From positions 3,782-67,781 of the forward strand of contig CAYGTR010000013.1 of the NCBI GenBank assembly GCA_964352855.1: a DNA stretch of 64,000 bases, in the 5' to 3' direction. The position numbers and the translations under genes were made by a program. Origin of the DNA: an uncultured Algimonas sp. (GTDB lineage: Bacteria > Pseudomonadota > Alphaproteobacteria > Caulobacterales > Maricaulaceae). A model generated the notes under the pieces. That model saw only the letters and a program-made list of their open reading frames with translations. It searched no databases and had not been told where the DNA came from. This document shows positions 1 to 9,300 of this stretch, piece after piece (the stretch's first letter is position 1; the number at the start of each line of letters is the position of its first letter).

Positions 1-125
1 TTCCACAGGATGCGTTCTGCGCCCCAAAAACAACCCATGCCTAATTGAACCTGTTCCATCCCTGCCGGAATATCGCCGAACATAGAATTGCCGTTCACGT
101 AATGTGTATCCGTTTTTGCGAGCAT
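1..125 (-). CDS. msrA: peptide-methionine (S)-S-oxide reductase MsrA, N-terminal part (gene runs off the left edge)
   Basis: Not in the ORF track (<60 aa inside the window). The reverse complement of 1..125 reads MLAKTDTHYVNGNSMFGDIPAGMEQVQLGMGCFWGAERILW, with the MsrA active-site GCFWG motif. An AGGAGA Shine-Dalgarno (complement of 131..136) precedes the ATG at 125..123. Confidence 0.8.
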   Translation of the reverse strand, partial: MLAKTDTHYVNGNSMFGDIPAGMEQVQLGMGCFWGAERILW

Positions 126-143
126 AAGTCTCTCCTGCATATT

Positions 144-905
144 TTAAACCATCGTCGATGCAAATTTTCCGGCGATAATAGGCGCCATGCGTCCTGCCAG
201 AATGTCTGCCATCTCCTTGGCTTTCTTTTCAGTGTCGATATGGTCTTGGCGCACCTCAATTGCAAGGTGACGCAGCGCGCGTGGGGCAATATGCGTATCC
301 ACAGTGTGATTGAGCACATAGGCTGAGTAAGGCTGGTTAACGCCTACCATAAAATTACGCCCGAGCCGCATAAAGCTCTCGCGCAGCTGTTCAGCGCTCT
401 CCATATCATAACGCGCCAAGAGGCCGATTTCGACTAAGCGAAACTCGCCTTTTTTCGGATGCGGCGTGAAGCTGTGAACGGAAATCACGAAGGGTTTATC
501 CATTCCGTCCAATGTTTGTCCGAGTTGCGCGTGATAGGGAGTATAAAAGCGGTCAATACGCGCTTGGCGATCCGCATCAGACAGGTTCTGATTGCCGGGA
601 ATGAGAGTGCCATCACTTTCTGAGACAATAAGGCTAGACGCGTCTTGCGAGCGGTTGCAATCAATCACCAAACGCGAAAATCCTGCGAGTTGCCCTGCGC
701 ATTTAAATTTCTCGCAGAGGCGACGAACGATGACATCTGTGCCAATATCCCACGCAATATGGCGGGTGAGATCATCCCCGCTCAAACCTAAATTATTCAG
801 GTCTTCGGGTATGTGTTTCGACGCGTGATCACCAAAGACAAATAGGTCAGCATTCCCTGTCTCTGGAATTGTTTCAAAACTTTCAGTCTTCATGGCGGAG
901 GTCAT
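144..905 (-). CDS. N-formylglutamate amidohydrolase (FGase) family protein
   Basis: 253-aa ORF. GDHASKHIP near the N-terminus and FSRLVIDCNR are the characteristic FGase-family (PF05013-type) motifs as I recall them. Confidence 0.7.
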   Translation of the reverse strand: MTSAMKTESFETIPETGNADLFVFGDHASKHIPEDLNNLGLSGDDLTRHIAWDIGTDVIVRRLCEKFKCAGQLAGFSRLVIDCNRSQDASSLIVSESDGTLIPGNQNLSDADRQARIDRFYTPYHAQLGQTLDGMDKPFVISVHSFTPHPKKGEFRLVEIGLLARYDMESAEQLRESFMRLGRNFMVGVNQPYSAYVLNHTVDTHIAPRALRHLAIEVRQDHIDTEKKAKEMADILAGRMAPIIAGKFASTMV

Positions 906-974
906 ATCACTTTATATAGGGCGCTGATCTAGATAAGCCACCACCGCTTATGAAATGGGTCTGTGAATATGTCA

Positions 975-2102
975 TTATAAGCCATCGACGGTTTCTCGGA
1001 CGAGCTGGTCGACAACTTTTTTCAGCGCCTCCCGCTTTGTTTGGCCTTTGCCCACCTCGGTCTCGTATGTTTTAATTTGACGCGCAGCGCTAGAGCCTCG
1101 CCGGATAATATTTCGCGCATTTTCGACTTCCTTGAGACACCCAAGCGCATCTGCATCCTCTGATATCCACGTAATTAATTCTTCTAATAACACAGCAAAC
1201 GGCACAGCACCGCCATGGCCGAAATCGATCAGTTTGCCCTCAACACCATGACGTTGGGCCATCCAACGGTTTTCTTCGATCAAAAAGGCCGGATAAATTC
1301 GCCACCGCATATTCCCGTCTTTTAAACGCAAGAGCCGGCGCGTCAGCGCTTGGTAAATCGCGGCGACGGTGACAGCATCATCCAATAAGGTGCAAATATC
1401 ACAAATACGCATTTCTAAGGTTGGAAATTTATTGGACGGGCGAATATCCCACCAAATCTTGGACGAATCTTCTATGGCACCGGATTTCACAATCGCATCG
1501 ACAAGGCGTTCATATTCGCCGAAACTCTGCAATGCTTCGGGTATGCCTGTGCGCGGCATGCCGTCAAACACGGACAATCGATAGCTTTGCAGACCCATCT
1601 GCTGTCCACCCCAAAAAGGTGAGCTTGTCGTGAGGGCCAGCATGTGCGGCAGAAAATAGCGTATCTGGTTTTGCACATCGATGCGCGCATCTTGGTTCTC
1701 AATGCCGATATGGACATGCATCCCGCAAATCATCATGCGGTGAATCGCGCCTTTCATATCGGTCGAAAGCTTTTCATAGCGCTCGCCCTCGGTCGGTTTC
1801 TGATTTTTCCAATGCGTAAAAGGATGGGTCGACGCCGCCATAAGGCGCATATCATGATCAATAGCAATTTGCGCTAAATTCCCGCGCAACTCTGCAATTT
1901 CGGCGCGGGCTTGGCTGACCGTCTCGCAAATTCCCGTTGCGATTTCGATCTGGCAGCGCAGAAACTCAGGCGTGACACGGGGGCCAATTTTGTCTTGGCA
2001 GATTTTCATAAAACCCTTGGGCGGGTTTCTGACAGCCGCACGCGTGTCCGGGCAAACAAGGAGATATTCTTCCTCAACACCTATTGTTAACGCCTGATCC
2101 AT
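975..2102 (-). CDS. carboxylate-amine ligase, YbdK / glutamate-cysteine ligase family 2
   Basis: 375-aa ORF starting MDQALTIGVEEEYLLV (GxExE start typical of GCS2/YbdK). Length fits. GGAGGG SD lies upstream. Confidence 0.75.
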   Translation of the reverse strand: MDQALTIGVEEEYLLVCPDTRAAVRNPPKGFMKICQDKIGPRVTPEFLRCQIEIATGICETVSQARAEIAELRGNLAQIAIDHDMRLMAASTHPFTHWKNQKPTEGERYEKLSTDMKGAIHRMMICGMHVHIGIENQDARIDVQNQIRYFLPHMLALTTSSPFWGGQQMGLQSYRLSVFDGMPRTGIPEALQSFGEYERLVDAIVKSGAIEDSSKIWWDIRPSNKFPTLEMRICDICTLLDDAVTVAAIYQALTRRLLRLKDGNMRWRIYPAFLIEENRWMAQRHGVEGKLIDFGHGGAVPFAVLLEELITWISEDADALGCLKEVENARNIIRRGSSAARQIKTYETEVGKGQTKREALKKVVDQLVRETVDGL

Positions 2103-2263
2103 ACACCCTCCGCAATCTTGGGTATCAGAAAAACTTGTATCTGTGAATATGTTGCTTACGGGCTTGAGAAATACTGCGGTTCAGGATATAGGCGCGCTCT
2201 CTTGAGAGAAGCGTGCGCTTTTCTTGAGCCCCTATGGATTAACCGCCGTTGGGATAAGACGAA

Positions 2264-2294
2264 AGGTGAGGTGGCCGAGTGGTTTAAGGCGCAC
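2264..2294 (+). repeat. truncated duplicate of the 5' ~30 nt of tRNA-Ser (acceptor 5' strand plus D-arm only)
   Basis: aggtgaggtggccgagtggtttaaggcgcac at 2264..2294 is identical to 2385..2415, the start of the intact tRNA. Identity stops before the anticodon stem is complete, and no T-arm or 3' acceptor strand follows. Confidence 0.85.
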
Positions 2295-2385
2295 CGCCCG
2301 CGCGACGTAGTCGCGCAAACATTTAAAGATAAGCGTGCGCTTATCTCAAACCTCTCGGGTCAACCGAGGATATAGACACTTCAGA

Positions 2386-2475
2386 GGTGAGGTGGCCGAG
2401 TGGTTTAAGGCGCACGCTTGGAAAGCGTGTTTAGTTTAATCGCTAACGTGGGTTCGAATCCCATCCTCACCTCCA
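2386..2475 (+). tRNA. tRNA-Ser (anticodon GGA), long variable arm, CCA encoded
   Basis: Manual fold: acceptor GGTGAGG/CCTCACC; D-arm GCCG-AGTGGTTTAA-GGCG; anticodon stem CACGC/GCGTG with loop TTGGAAA (anticodon GGA); long variable arm; T-arm GTGGG-TTCGAAT-CCCAT; terminal TCCA. Confidence 0.9.
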
Positions 2476-2539
2476 GGTCTTTTGTCTGCGGACAGAGTTT
2501 CAGGCTTTACCCTTGCGCCAGTCTTGCTAGACCGTCAAC

Positions 2540-3118
2540 ATGACATCCCCTTTTCCGCCTTCCCCGCCGAACCCTTGGATAACACACGGCACACAGACCT
2601 GTTTTCGTTCGCATTGGATGATTGTGGAGCGTAACCTCGTGACGACACCCAACGGGTCTGAGGCAGATTATGGTGTGGTTCGGTTTCGCAACCGCGCGGT
2701 GGGCATTATCCCTTATGAGAAGGGGCGTATCTGGATGGTCGGGCAAACACGTTATGCGTTGGGAGCCTATAGTTGGGAAATCCCTGAGGGCGGCGTGCCT
2801 ATTCATGAAAATGAAGATATGGAAACGGCTGGGCGGCGTGAATTGGCCGAAGAAACAGGGCTCCGTGCCGAGACGCTAACCCTGCTTTTTCAAGTCCATA
2901 CTTCAAACTCTCTTACGGATGAATGGGGACAAGTTTTTCTGGCCACCGGACTGACACAAGGAAAGAGCTCACCCGAAGATACCGAAGACATCACCGTCGT
3001 CTCGCTCACTTTGGATGAGGCTTACGGCGCCGTTGAAGCGGGCTATATTACTGACAGCCTGTCCGTGACGGCGATATATAAATTGAAGCTCATGCAGGCT
3101 TTAGATGAACTCGAATAG
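2540..3118 (+). CDS. NUDIX hydrolase (ADP-ribose pyrophosphatase-like)
   Basis: Nudix box GGVPIHENEDMETAGRRELAEETGL (Gx5Ex7REUxEExGU). Confidence 0.85.
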   Translation: MTSPFPPSPPNPWITHGTQTCFRSHWMIVERNLVTTPNGSEADYGVVRFRNRAVGIIPYEKGRIWMVGQTRYALGAYSWEIPEGGVPIHENEDMETAGRRELAEETGLRAETLTLLFQVHTSNSLTDEWGQVFLATGLTQGKSSPEDTEDITVVSLTLDEAYGAVEAGYITDSLSVTAIYKLKLMQALDELE

Positions 3119-3139
3119 AGATGCCGCGTATCTAGTGAA

Positions 3140-4285
3140 ATGAGCGTTTCTTCCGAACATTATAATGCCCGCATTTTGACCCATATTGATGAGGTCAGTG
3201 AAACTGCTTGGGATACGCATTTGCCCGAAGGCTCACACCCGTTCCTGAGCTGGCGTTTCCTTCATGCCTTAGAAGAGAGCGGCTGCGTCAGCCATGAAAG
3301 CGGTTGGATACCACGCCATATTTGGCTTGAAAATGAAACAGGGGACAGCCTGGGTGCTGCACCGCTTTACGCCAAACTTCACAGCCAAGGCGAATATGTT
3401 TTTGATCATGCGTGGGCAGATGCCCTCTCGCGTGCTGGCGGCCAATATTATCCGAAACTCCAATGCTCTGTGCCCTTTACCCCCGCAACAGGACCACGCC
3501 TCTTGGCCAAAACAGCAGAGCATAGACGCGCCTTGGCCGCGGCGATGATCTCGGCTTGTGAGCAGTGGGACATGTCAGGCGTACATCTGACATTCCTGCA
3601 ACAAGATGATCGTGCGGTTTTGGATCAACTTGGCTTTGCAGCACGCGAAGACAGACAATTTCACTTCATTAATCGCGATTATAAAGACTTCGACGCTTTC
3701 CTGGACAGTCTCTCGAGCCGAAAACGTAAAAACATCCGTAAAGAGCGCAAAGCCGCTCAAGAAGGTGTCATGATAAAGCGCCTGTCAGGGGATGATTTGA
3801 AAGATGAGCATTGGGATATATTCTACCAATGCTATCTCGATACGGGCCAACGTAAATGGGGACGGCCTTACCTCAATCGTGAATTTTTCGATCTGATGCA
3901 GCAAACAATGCGAGAAGATATCTGCCTCGTCATGGCGTGGATGGACAGTAGCCCCATTGCAGCCGCCTTAAACTTCATTGGATCTGACGCGCTCTATGGC
4001 CGCAATTGGGGGGCGCTTATCCATAAGCCTTTCCTGCATTTTGAGCTCTGTTATTATCAGGCAATTGAGGCTGGATTAGAACGTGGCCTGCCCCGTGTCG
4101 AAGCCGGGGCGCAAGGCGAGCATAAACTCGCCCGCGGCTATGAACCCGTTACAACACACAGCGCCCATTACCTCTCCCATCCGGGCCTGCGAAACGCCAT
4201 TGAGGATTACCTCACCCGCGAACGTCAAGCCATCGCACATGAAATTAAAATTCTGGACACGCATACGCCGTTTAAGAAGGTGTAA
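3140..4285 (+). CDS. GNAT-fold N-acetyltransferase, DUF482/FemAB-like family
   Basis: 381 aa. The N-terminal AWD..L....PFLSW.FLHALEESG pattern and the overall length are typical of the alphaproteobacterial DUF482 family (recalled, not searched). Confidence 0.6.
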   Translation: MSVSSEHYNARILTHIDEVSETAWDTHLPEGSHPFLSWRFLHALEESGCVSHESGWIPRHIWLENETGDSLGAAPLYAKLHSQGEYVFDHAWADALSRAGGQYYPKLQCSVPFTPATGPRLLAKTAEHRRALAAAMISACEQWDMSGVHLTFLQQDDRAVLDQLGFAAREDRQFHFINRDYKDFDAFLDSLSSRKRKNIRKERKAAQEGVMIKRLSGDDLKDEHWDIFYQCYLDTGQRKWGRPYLNREFFDLMQQTMREDICLVMAWMDSSPIAAALNFIGSDALYGRNWGALIHKPFLHFELCYYQAIEAGLERGLPRVEAGAQGEHKLARGYEPVTTHSAHYLSHPGLRNAIEDYLTRERQAIAHEIKILDTHTPFKKV

Positions 4286-4320
4286 TTAAGCTTCTATTCC
4301 AGACCCATTCGCGCTAATCA

Positions 4321-4755
4321 ATGCGCATGACCTTACACGCACAATATGACCCGACCAATATTTTCGCTAAAATTATGAATGGCGAGATGCCTGCGGCGAA
4401 GGTTTATGAGGATAAAGATACGCTCGTTATTATGGACGCCTTTCCACAGTCGCGTGGGCATTGCCTTGTTATTCCCAGACGTCCCGTGAGGAACCTTTTG
4501 GAACTCGCGCCGAAAGATATTGGACGCCTTTTCGGGACGGTGCAGCGCGTTTCACAGGCCGTTGATAAAGCCCTGTCGCCCGACGGCATTATCGTAACGC
4601 AGTTTAACGGTGCGCCGGCCGGTCAGACCGTTTTTCATCTCCATGTGCACATCATCCCGAAATTTGAGCGAGAGGCCTTAAACGCACATGCCGGCGGGAT
4701 GATCGAAAGTGAAGAATTGAAAAAAATCGCCAAAATGATTGCTGATAAATTATAA
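4321..4755 (+). CDS. HIT (histidine triad) family protein
   Basis: Histidine triad HLHVHIIP. 144 aa. The start may be the ATG at 4327. Confidence 0.85.
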   Translation: MRMTLHAQYDPTNIFAKIMNGEMPAAKVYEDKDTLVIMDAFPQSRGHCLVIPRRPVRNLLELAPKDIGRLFGTVQRVSQAVDKALSPDGIIVTQFNGAPAGQTVFHLHVHIIPKFEREALNAHAGGMIESEELKKIAKMIADKL

Positions 4756-4771
4756 TAAGGGACAATGAACA

Positions 4772-6418
4772 ATGCGTAAATTTTTGATTTTGATGTCGAC
4801 AGCGGCTGTTTTAGCGAGTTGCACAACCCCCGCAACAATGCCTGAAAAGCCAACTTATAATGTCGCGGCGCAATATGCGAAATTTGCAGAAGTCCCCATG
4901 GAGGTCGACACCGAATTTTTGAGCGATTCAGAACGCGCCATTGTTAACAAACTTATTGAAGCCAGCGATTATCTGTCCAAAATTTATTTATTGCAGCGGG
5001 GGACCAATTATCCTGCGTTACGCAATGAAATTTCTGCAAAAGGCACGGCGGCACAACTGGCCATGTTTGATCTGCATTATGGACCCTGTGACGGTTTAGA
5101 ACAAGATAAGCCTTTTTATGGCGACGCCCCCTGCCCGCCCGGAGGTGGGTTTTATCCCGTCGACATGACACGCGAAGAATTTGAATCCCATATCGCTGCA
5201 AACCCAACTGATAAAGAGGCTTTCACGTCCGGATATACGGTCATTCGCCGCAATGACGACGGATCGTTAAAAGCTGTGCCTTATCATGTGGAATATGCAA
5301 AATATCTTGTGCCGGCAGCCGGATTATTACGCGAAGCAGCCGCCATTTCAGAAAATGCCAGTCTAAAGATATTTTTGACATTACGGGCGGACTCATTCCT
5401 GAATGATGAGTATTTCGAATCTGAAATGGCGTGGATGGATTTAGACGGGAACATCGAAATCGCGATTGGGCCATATGAAGTTTATGATGATCAACTCTTT
5501 GGTTATAAAACCGCTTATGAGAGTTTTGTAACGATCAAAAATCCCGAAGAGTCTGCAGCACTTGCCAAATATAAAAACTTCCTCCGTGACATGGAAGCTA
5601 ATTTGCCTGTCGAAGAGCATTACAAAAACTTCGCCCGCGGCTTTGAAAGTCCTATCGCGGTCACCTATCAAGTGCATGGCGGCGGCGACAATGAAAACGG
5701 CGTTCAAACCATCGCCTTCAACCTGCCCAATGACGAACGCGTGCGTGAAGCAAAAGGCGCGAAGAAAGTTATTTTGAATAATGTTCTGGGCGCGAAATAT
5801 GATCGCATTCTAGCCCCTATCGGCGAGCGGGTTTTAATAGACTCGCAAGCAAAGCTCACAGTTAAAAAATATATGAGCTATAATACGCTTTTCCATGAGC
5901 TCTCACATTCCTTGGGACCAGGCACAATTGACGTTGACGAACAAAAGACAACGGTCAACGCACAACTCAAAGAACTGTCCTCAGGTCTTGAGGAAGGCAA
6001 AGCAGATGTCATGGGGGCCTATAATATTCTCTATATGATGGAACGTGGAGAATTACCAGCATATGAAAAAGAAGCATTTCTAGCGACATATTTTACAGGC
6101 TTGTTTAGATCGATGCGTTTCGGTCTGACGGCTGCCCATGCCAAAGGCGCAGCCTTCCAATATAATTATTATTTGGAAACAGGCGCTGTCTTGTGGTTGC
6201 CGGAACAAGAACGCTTTGAAATTAATTTTACGCAGCTTGAACAGGCTATTTCTGATTTAACAGGTAAAATTGTCCGTATTCAAGGGGATGGCAATTATGA
6301 CCAAGCTAAAGCTTTCTTGGATAAATATGTCGGATTAGACACGCCTGCTGAAACCGTTTTGAGCCATTTGGAAGATATTCCTTACGACATACGCCCGATC
6401 TATCCCGAAAAAATTTAA
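4772..6418 (+). CDS. lipoprotein Zn-metallopeptidase, DPP III (M49)-like family
   Basis: Lipobox LASC after a signal peptide. HELSHSLGP followed ~30 aa later by EEGKAD resembles the HExxxH...EExxAE zinc site of DPP III-like proteins. Confidence 0.55.
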   Translation: MRKFLILMSTAAVLASCTTPATMPEKPTYNVAAQYAKFAEVPMEVDTEFLSDSERAIVNKLIEASDYLSKIYLLQRGTNYPALRNEISAKGTAAQLAMFDLHYGPCDGLEQDKPFYGDAPCPPGGGFYPVDMTREEFESHIAANPTDKEAFTSGYTVIRRNDDGSLKAVPYHVEYAKYLVPAAGLLREAAAISENASLKIFLTLRADSFLNDEYFESEMAWMDLDGNIEIAIGPYEVYDDQLFGYKTAYESFVTIKNPEESAALAKYKNFLRDMEANLPVEEHYKNFARGFESPIAVTYQVHGGGDNENGVQTIAFNLPNDERVREAKGAKKVILNNVLGAKYDRILAPIGERVLIDSQAKLTVKKYMSYNTLFHELSHSLGPGTIDVDEQKTTVNAQLKELSSGLEEGKADVMGAYNILYMMERGELPAYEKEAFLATYFTGLFRSMRFGLTAAHAKGAAFQYNYYLETGAVLWLPEQERFEINFTQLEQAISDLTGKIVRIQGDGNYDQAKAFLDKYVGLDTPAETVLSHLEDIPYDIRPIYPEKI

Positions 6419-6424
6419 GCTCTC

Positions 6425-7270
6425 ATGGCGAATTATATACTGAAAACGGAGAGCCGTGATCGCACAGGTATTGTTGCCGCTTTGACGAGTTGTTTGTCGG
6501 ACTATGATGGGTTTATTACAGAGTTGGCGCAATTTGGTACCCCCTCTTCAGAACGATTCTATTCGCGCATTTCTTTTCGCATGGAAACGGACAGAGTCAG
6601 CGGTTTCTCTAAGGCGATTTCCGCCATTAGCGAGACTCTCAACCTCAACACTCAAATATTAGAAGCTGAAAGAAAGATGCCGACGCTAATCTTGGTATCA
6701 AAATTTGATCATTGCCTGAATGATCTCCTGTATCGATGGAAAAATAGAAGTTTACCAATTGAGATCACAGGCATTGTGTCTAATCATGAAACCGCTAAAG
6801 ATTTGGTGGAGACCGCAGGTCTTGCCTATTTTCACATTCCCGTAACAGTAGAAACAAAAAAGTCAGCAGAAACTGACTTACGCGATCTCATAGCATCAAC
6901 AGGTTCAGAATTAATTATTTTAGCAAGGTATATGCAAATATTATCTGATGCGTTCTGCCAAGATTATTCCGGGAAAGTTATTAATATTCATCATTCCTTT
7001 TTGCCGAGTTTTAAAGGGGCTAAACCCTATCACCGCGCTTATGAGCGTGGCGTCAAATTAATTGGGGCAACCGCCCATTATGTTACAGCTGATTTAGATG
7101 AGGGTCCGATCATTGAACAGGATGTCGCCCGAGTCAATCATACAATGACGCCTCAACAATTGGTCGATATCGGGCGCGATATTGAAGCGCGCGTGTTAGC
7201 AAAAGCGGTCAAACTGCATGCCGAGCACCGATCCTTTTTAAATGAGAAGAAAACAGTTATTCTGCCCTGA
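6425..7270 (+). CDS. purU: formyltetrahydrofolate deformylase
   Basis: 281 aa. N-terminal ACT-like domain plus a formyltransferase core with INIHHSFLPSFKGAKPY and GATAHYVT..LDEGPII. Confidence 0.9.
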   Translation: MANYILKTESRDRTGIVAALTSCLSDYDGFITELAQFGTPSSERFYSRISFRMETDRVSGFSKAISAISETLNLNTQILEAERKMPTLILVSKFDHCLNDLLYRWKNRSLPIEITGIVSNHETAKDLVETAGLAYFHIPVTVETKKSAETDLRDLIASTGSELIILARYMQILSDAFCQDYSGKVINIHHSFLPSFKGAKPYHRAYERGVKLIGATAHYVTADLDEGPIIEQDVARVNHTMTPQQLVDIGRDIEARVLAKAVKLHAEHRSFLNEKKTVILP

Positions 7271-9190
7271 TTATGGCAAGGCGTCCTCAATCGAACTGAG
7301 TAAAACGTCCAAGGCTTTTTGTTGTTTTACCCATTCCGGTTCAACGGCCACGAGGAGCTGAGACTTTGGGGTATTCTGTAATTGAAGACGCATATAATCA
7401 TAGAAAATTTGGGCGGGGATCGTTCCTCCTGTGACGCTTTTCATAGGTTTGTTGTCATCATTACCAACCCAAACGCCTGTGACGATGTCCGGCGCATATC
7501 CCATAAACCATGCATCCCGGAAATCATTCGTCGTGCCTGTTTTTCCGCCGATGTCACGTCCGTCTATCCCGGCTTTTCGACCCGTGCCTTCATTCACCGT
7601 TCGGGTCATCATACGGTTCATTTGCGCGAGTTTGTCTGCCGTTATCACCGTGCGCATTTCAGGAACAGGTGCATCATAAAGCGGTGTGCCATTCGCTGTT
7701 GAGATAGAAATAATGCCGTAAGGATTCGCCGCCTGTCCAAATGTGGCAAAAGGCAAATAGGCTTGCGTTAAAGTCATAGGCGTTGTGACTTGTGAGCCTA
7801 AAGCTAAACTGCGTAGAGGCCTTAACGGACCAAGACCAAAGCGCTCAGCGGTCGCAATGACATTATCACGACCCACTTCTTCTGCGACTTTAACAGCGAC
7901 CGTATTAATAGATTTCGCCATCGCGTCTTCTAATGTGACGATACCCACGAATTCCTTTTTGAAATTTTTCGGTGTCCACTCATCTTGGGTGTTTGACAGT
8001 GTTACAGGGGAGTCAATGCGTTTGTCCCAAGGCGTCAGTCCTGCTTCTAAGGCCGCCAAATAGACAAAAGGCTTAAAGGCAGAGCCCGGCTGTCTTTCCG
8101 CTTGTATCGCACGATTAAACTGACTGTTTGAATATGAGGCCCCGCCGATCATGGCCAAAACAGCCCCTGTCCCATCTAGGCTGACAAGTGCCGCTTCTTC
8201 TGCGCCACGGTCAGCGTCTAAATGTTCCAAAACAGACGCCTCTGCATAGGTCTGTGCATCCCGATCAAGGGTTGTTTGAACCACAATATCTTGTGTCGGC
8301 GCATCCCCCAAAACATGTTCGATTTTGGGCCAGATCCAATCAACAAAATATTGCGCGGAATTATCTGACTGCGGGCGATGAATGCGAATGGGATAATGAA
8401 TCGCCAAGTCATACATGACTTCGTCAATGAGGTCTTGCGCCTTTAAAACATCCAGAACCGTTTTCGTGCGTTGTGCCGCCCGTTCTGCATTATTTACCGG
8501 GTTGAGCGCAGAGGGCGCTTTCAGCAAGCCCGCCAACATAGCTGTTTCAGATAAATTCATCTCGGCTGCAGGTTTATTGAAATAGCGCTTGGACGCCGCT
8601 TCCAGTCCCCAAGCCCCACTGCCGAAATAAACCTTAGACAAATACATTTCGAGAATTTCGTCTTTTGTGAAGCTACGCTCCAACCAAATCGCCATCAACA
8701 TTTCTTGGGCTTTACGGCGCAATGTTTTATCCGGAGACAGAAACACATTTTTAGAAAGCTGCTGCGTCAGTGTGGAGCCACCTTGCACATAAGCGCCAGC
8801 TTTGATGTTTTGCACCATTGCCCGCGCCAAAGCTTCGGGGTCAACGCCGATGTGATTATAATAACGTCTATCCTCGACGGCTAAAATAGTGAGGGGAATA
8901 TGAAACGGTAGAGCCTCTATATCAACCTGCGGGGCAACAGTGGCGCCTCGCACCAAAATGTCTCGTCCCTGTCGATCAACGATTTGGACGCTGACAGGGC
9001 GTTGATTTTCCCATAATCTTTTGGGATCAGGCAAGCCTTGCGCTGCAAATGCAAAAGCGCCCAAAACGATCATCCCCCCTAAATATGCCGAAGACAAAGT
9101 TGATAGAACGCCATAGCGTAGCATGGCTTTAGCGCGGGGCGACAAAGGCGGTAGGCGCAGTGTTTTCAAATCAGACAAAATCATGCGCAC
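7271..9190 (-). CDS. class A penicillin-binding protein (bifunctional glycosyltransferase/transpeptidase)
   Basis: GT51 motifs EDRRYYNHIGVD and GGSTLTQQ. Transpeptidase motifs SAFKPF (SxxK), SIN (SxN) and KTGTTN (KTG). N-terminal TM anchor. Confidence 0.9.
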   Translation of the reverse strand: MRMILSDLKTLRLPPLSPRAKAMLRYGVLSTLSSAYLGGMIVLGAFAFAAQGLPDPKRLWENQRPVSVQIVDRQGRDILVRGATVAPQVDIEALPFHIPLTILAVEDRRYYNHIGVDPEALARAMVQNIKAGAYVQGGSTLTQQLSKNVFLSPDKTLRRKAQEMLMAIWLERSFTKDEILEMYLSKVYFGSGAWGLEAASKRYFNKPAAEMNLSETAMLAGLLKAPSALNPVNNAERAAQRTKTVLDVLKAQDLIDEVMYDLAIHYPIRIHRPQSDNSAQYFVDWIWPKIEHVLGDAPTQDIVVQTTLDRDAQTYAEASVLEHLDADRGAEEAALVSLDGTGAVLAMIGGASYSNSQFNRAIQAERQPGSAFKPFVYLAALEAGLTPWDKRIDSPVTLSNTQDEWTPKNFKKEFVGIVTLEDAMAKSINTVAVKVAEEVGRDNVIATAERFGLGPLRPLRSLALGSQVTTPMTLTQAYLPFATFGQAANPYGIISISTANGTPLYDAPVPEMRTVITADKLAQMNRMMTRTVNEGTGRKAGIDGRDIGGKTGTTNDFRDAWFMGYAPDIVTGVWVGNDDNKPMKSVTGGTIPAQIFYDYMRLQLQNTPKSQLLVAVEPEWVKQQKALDVLLSSIEDALP

Positions 9191-9300
9191 ACAAAAACAG
9201 GGTTAATAAGGCGTTAGTGTGACATTGCGCCTAAACCCTTTAATGTGTGTTTAACGAAACCCGTCCAACTGCAAAAAAGGTCAGAGCCCAGCGATCAAAG

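Noticed and set aside
45-326. 93-aa + strand ORF (and the 74-aa - strand ORF at 95..319) at the left edge
   Set aside because: Both lie entirely within or opposite the well-supported FGase-family gene and the msrA start. Their sequences are low-complexity and Cys/His/Arg-rich, typical of off-frame translation.
2118-2375. 85-aa + strand ORF upstream of the tRNA
   Set aside because: It reads straight through the duplicated tRNA-Ser 5' fragment (translated as ...GEVAEWFKAH...) and the hairpin-rich spacer. It has no SD, so it is most likely non-coding.
2476-6418. Possible genomic island integrated at tRNA-Ser
   Set aside because: No integrase, no 3'-end tRNA direct repeat, and the downstream genes (Nudix, GNAT, HIT, peptidase, purU) look like ordinary core genes with the same composition as the rest of the window.
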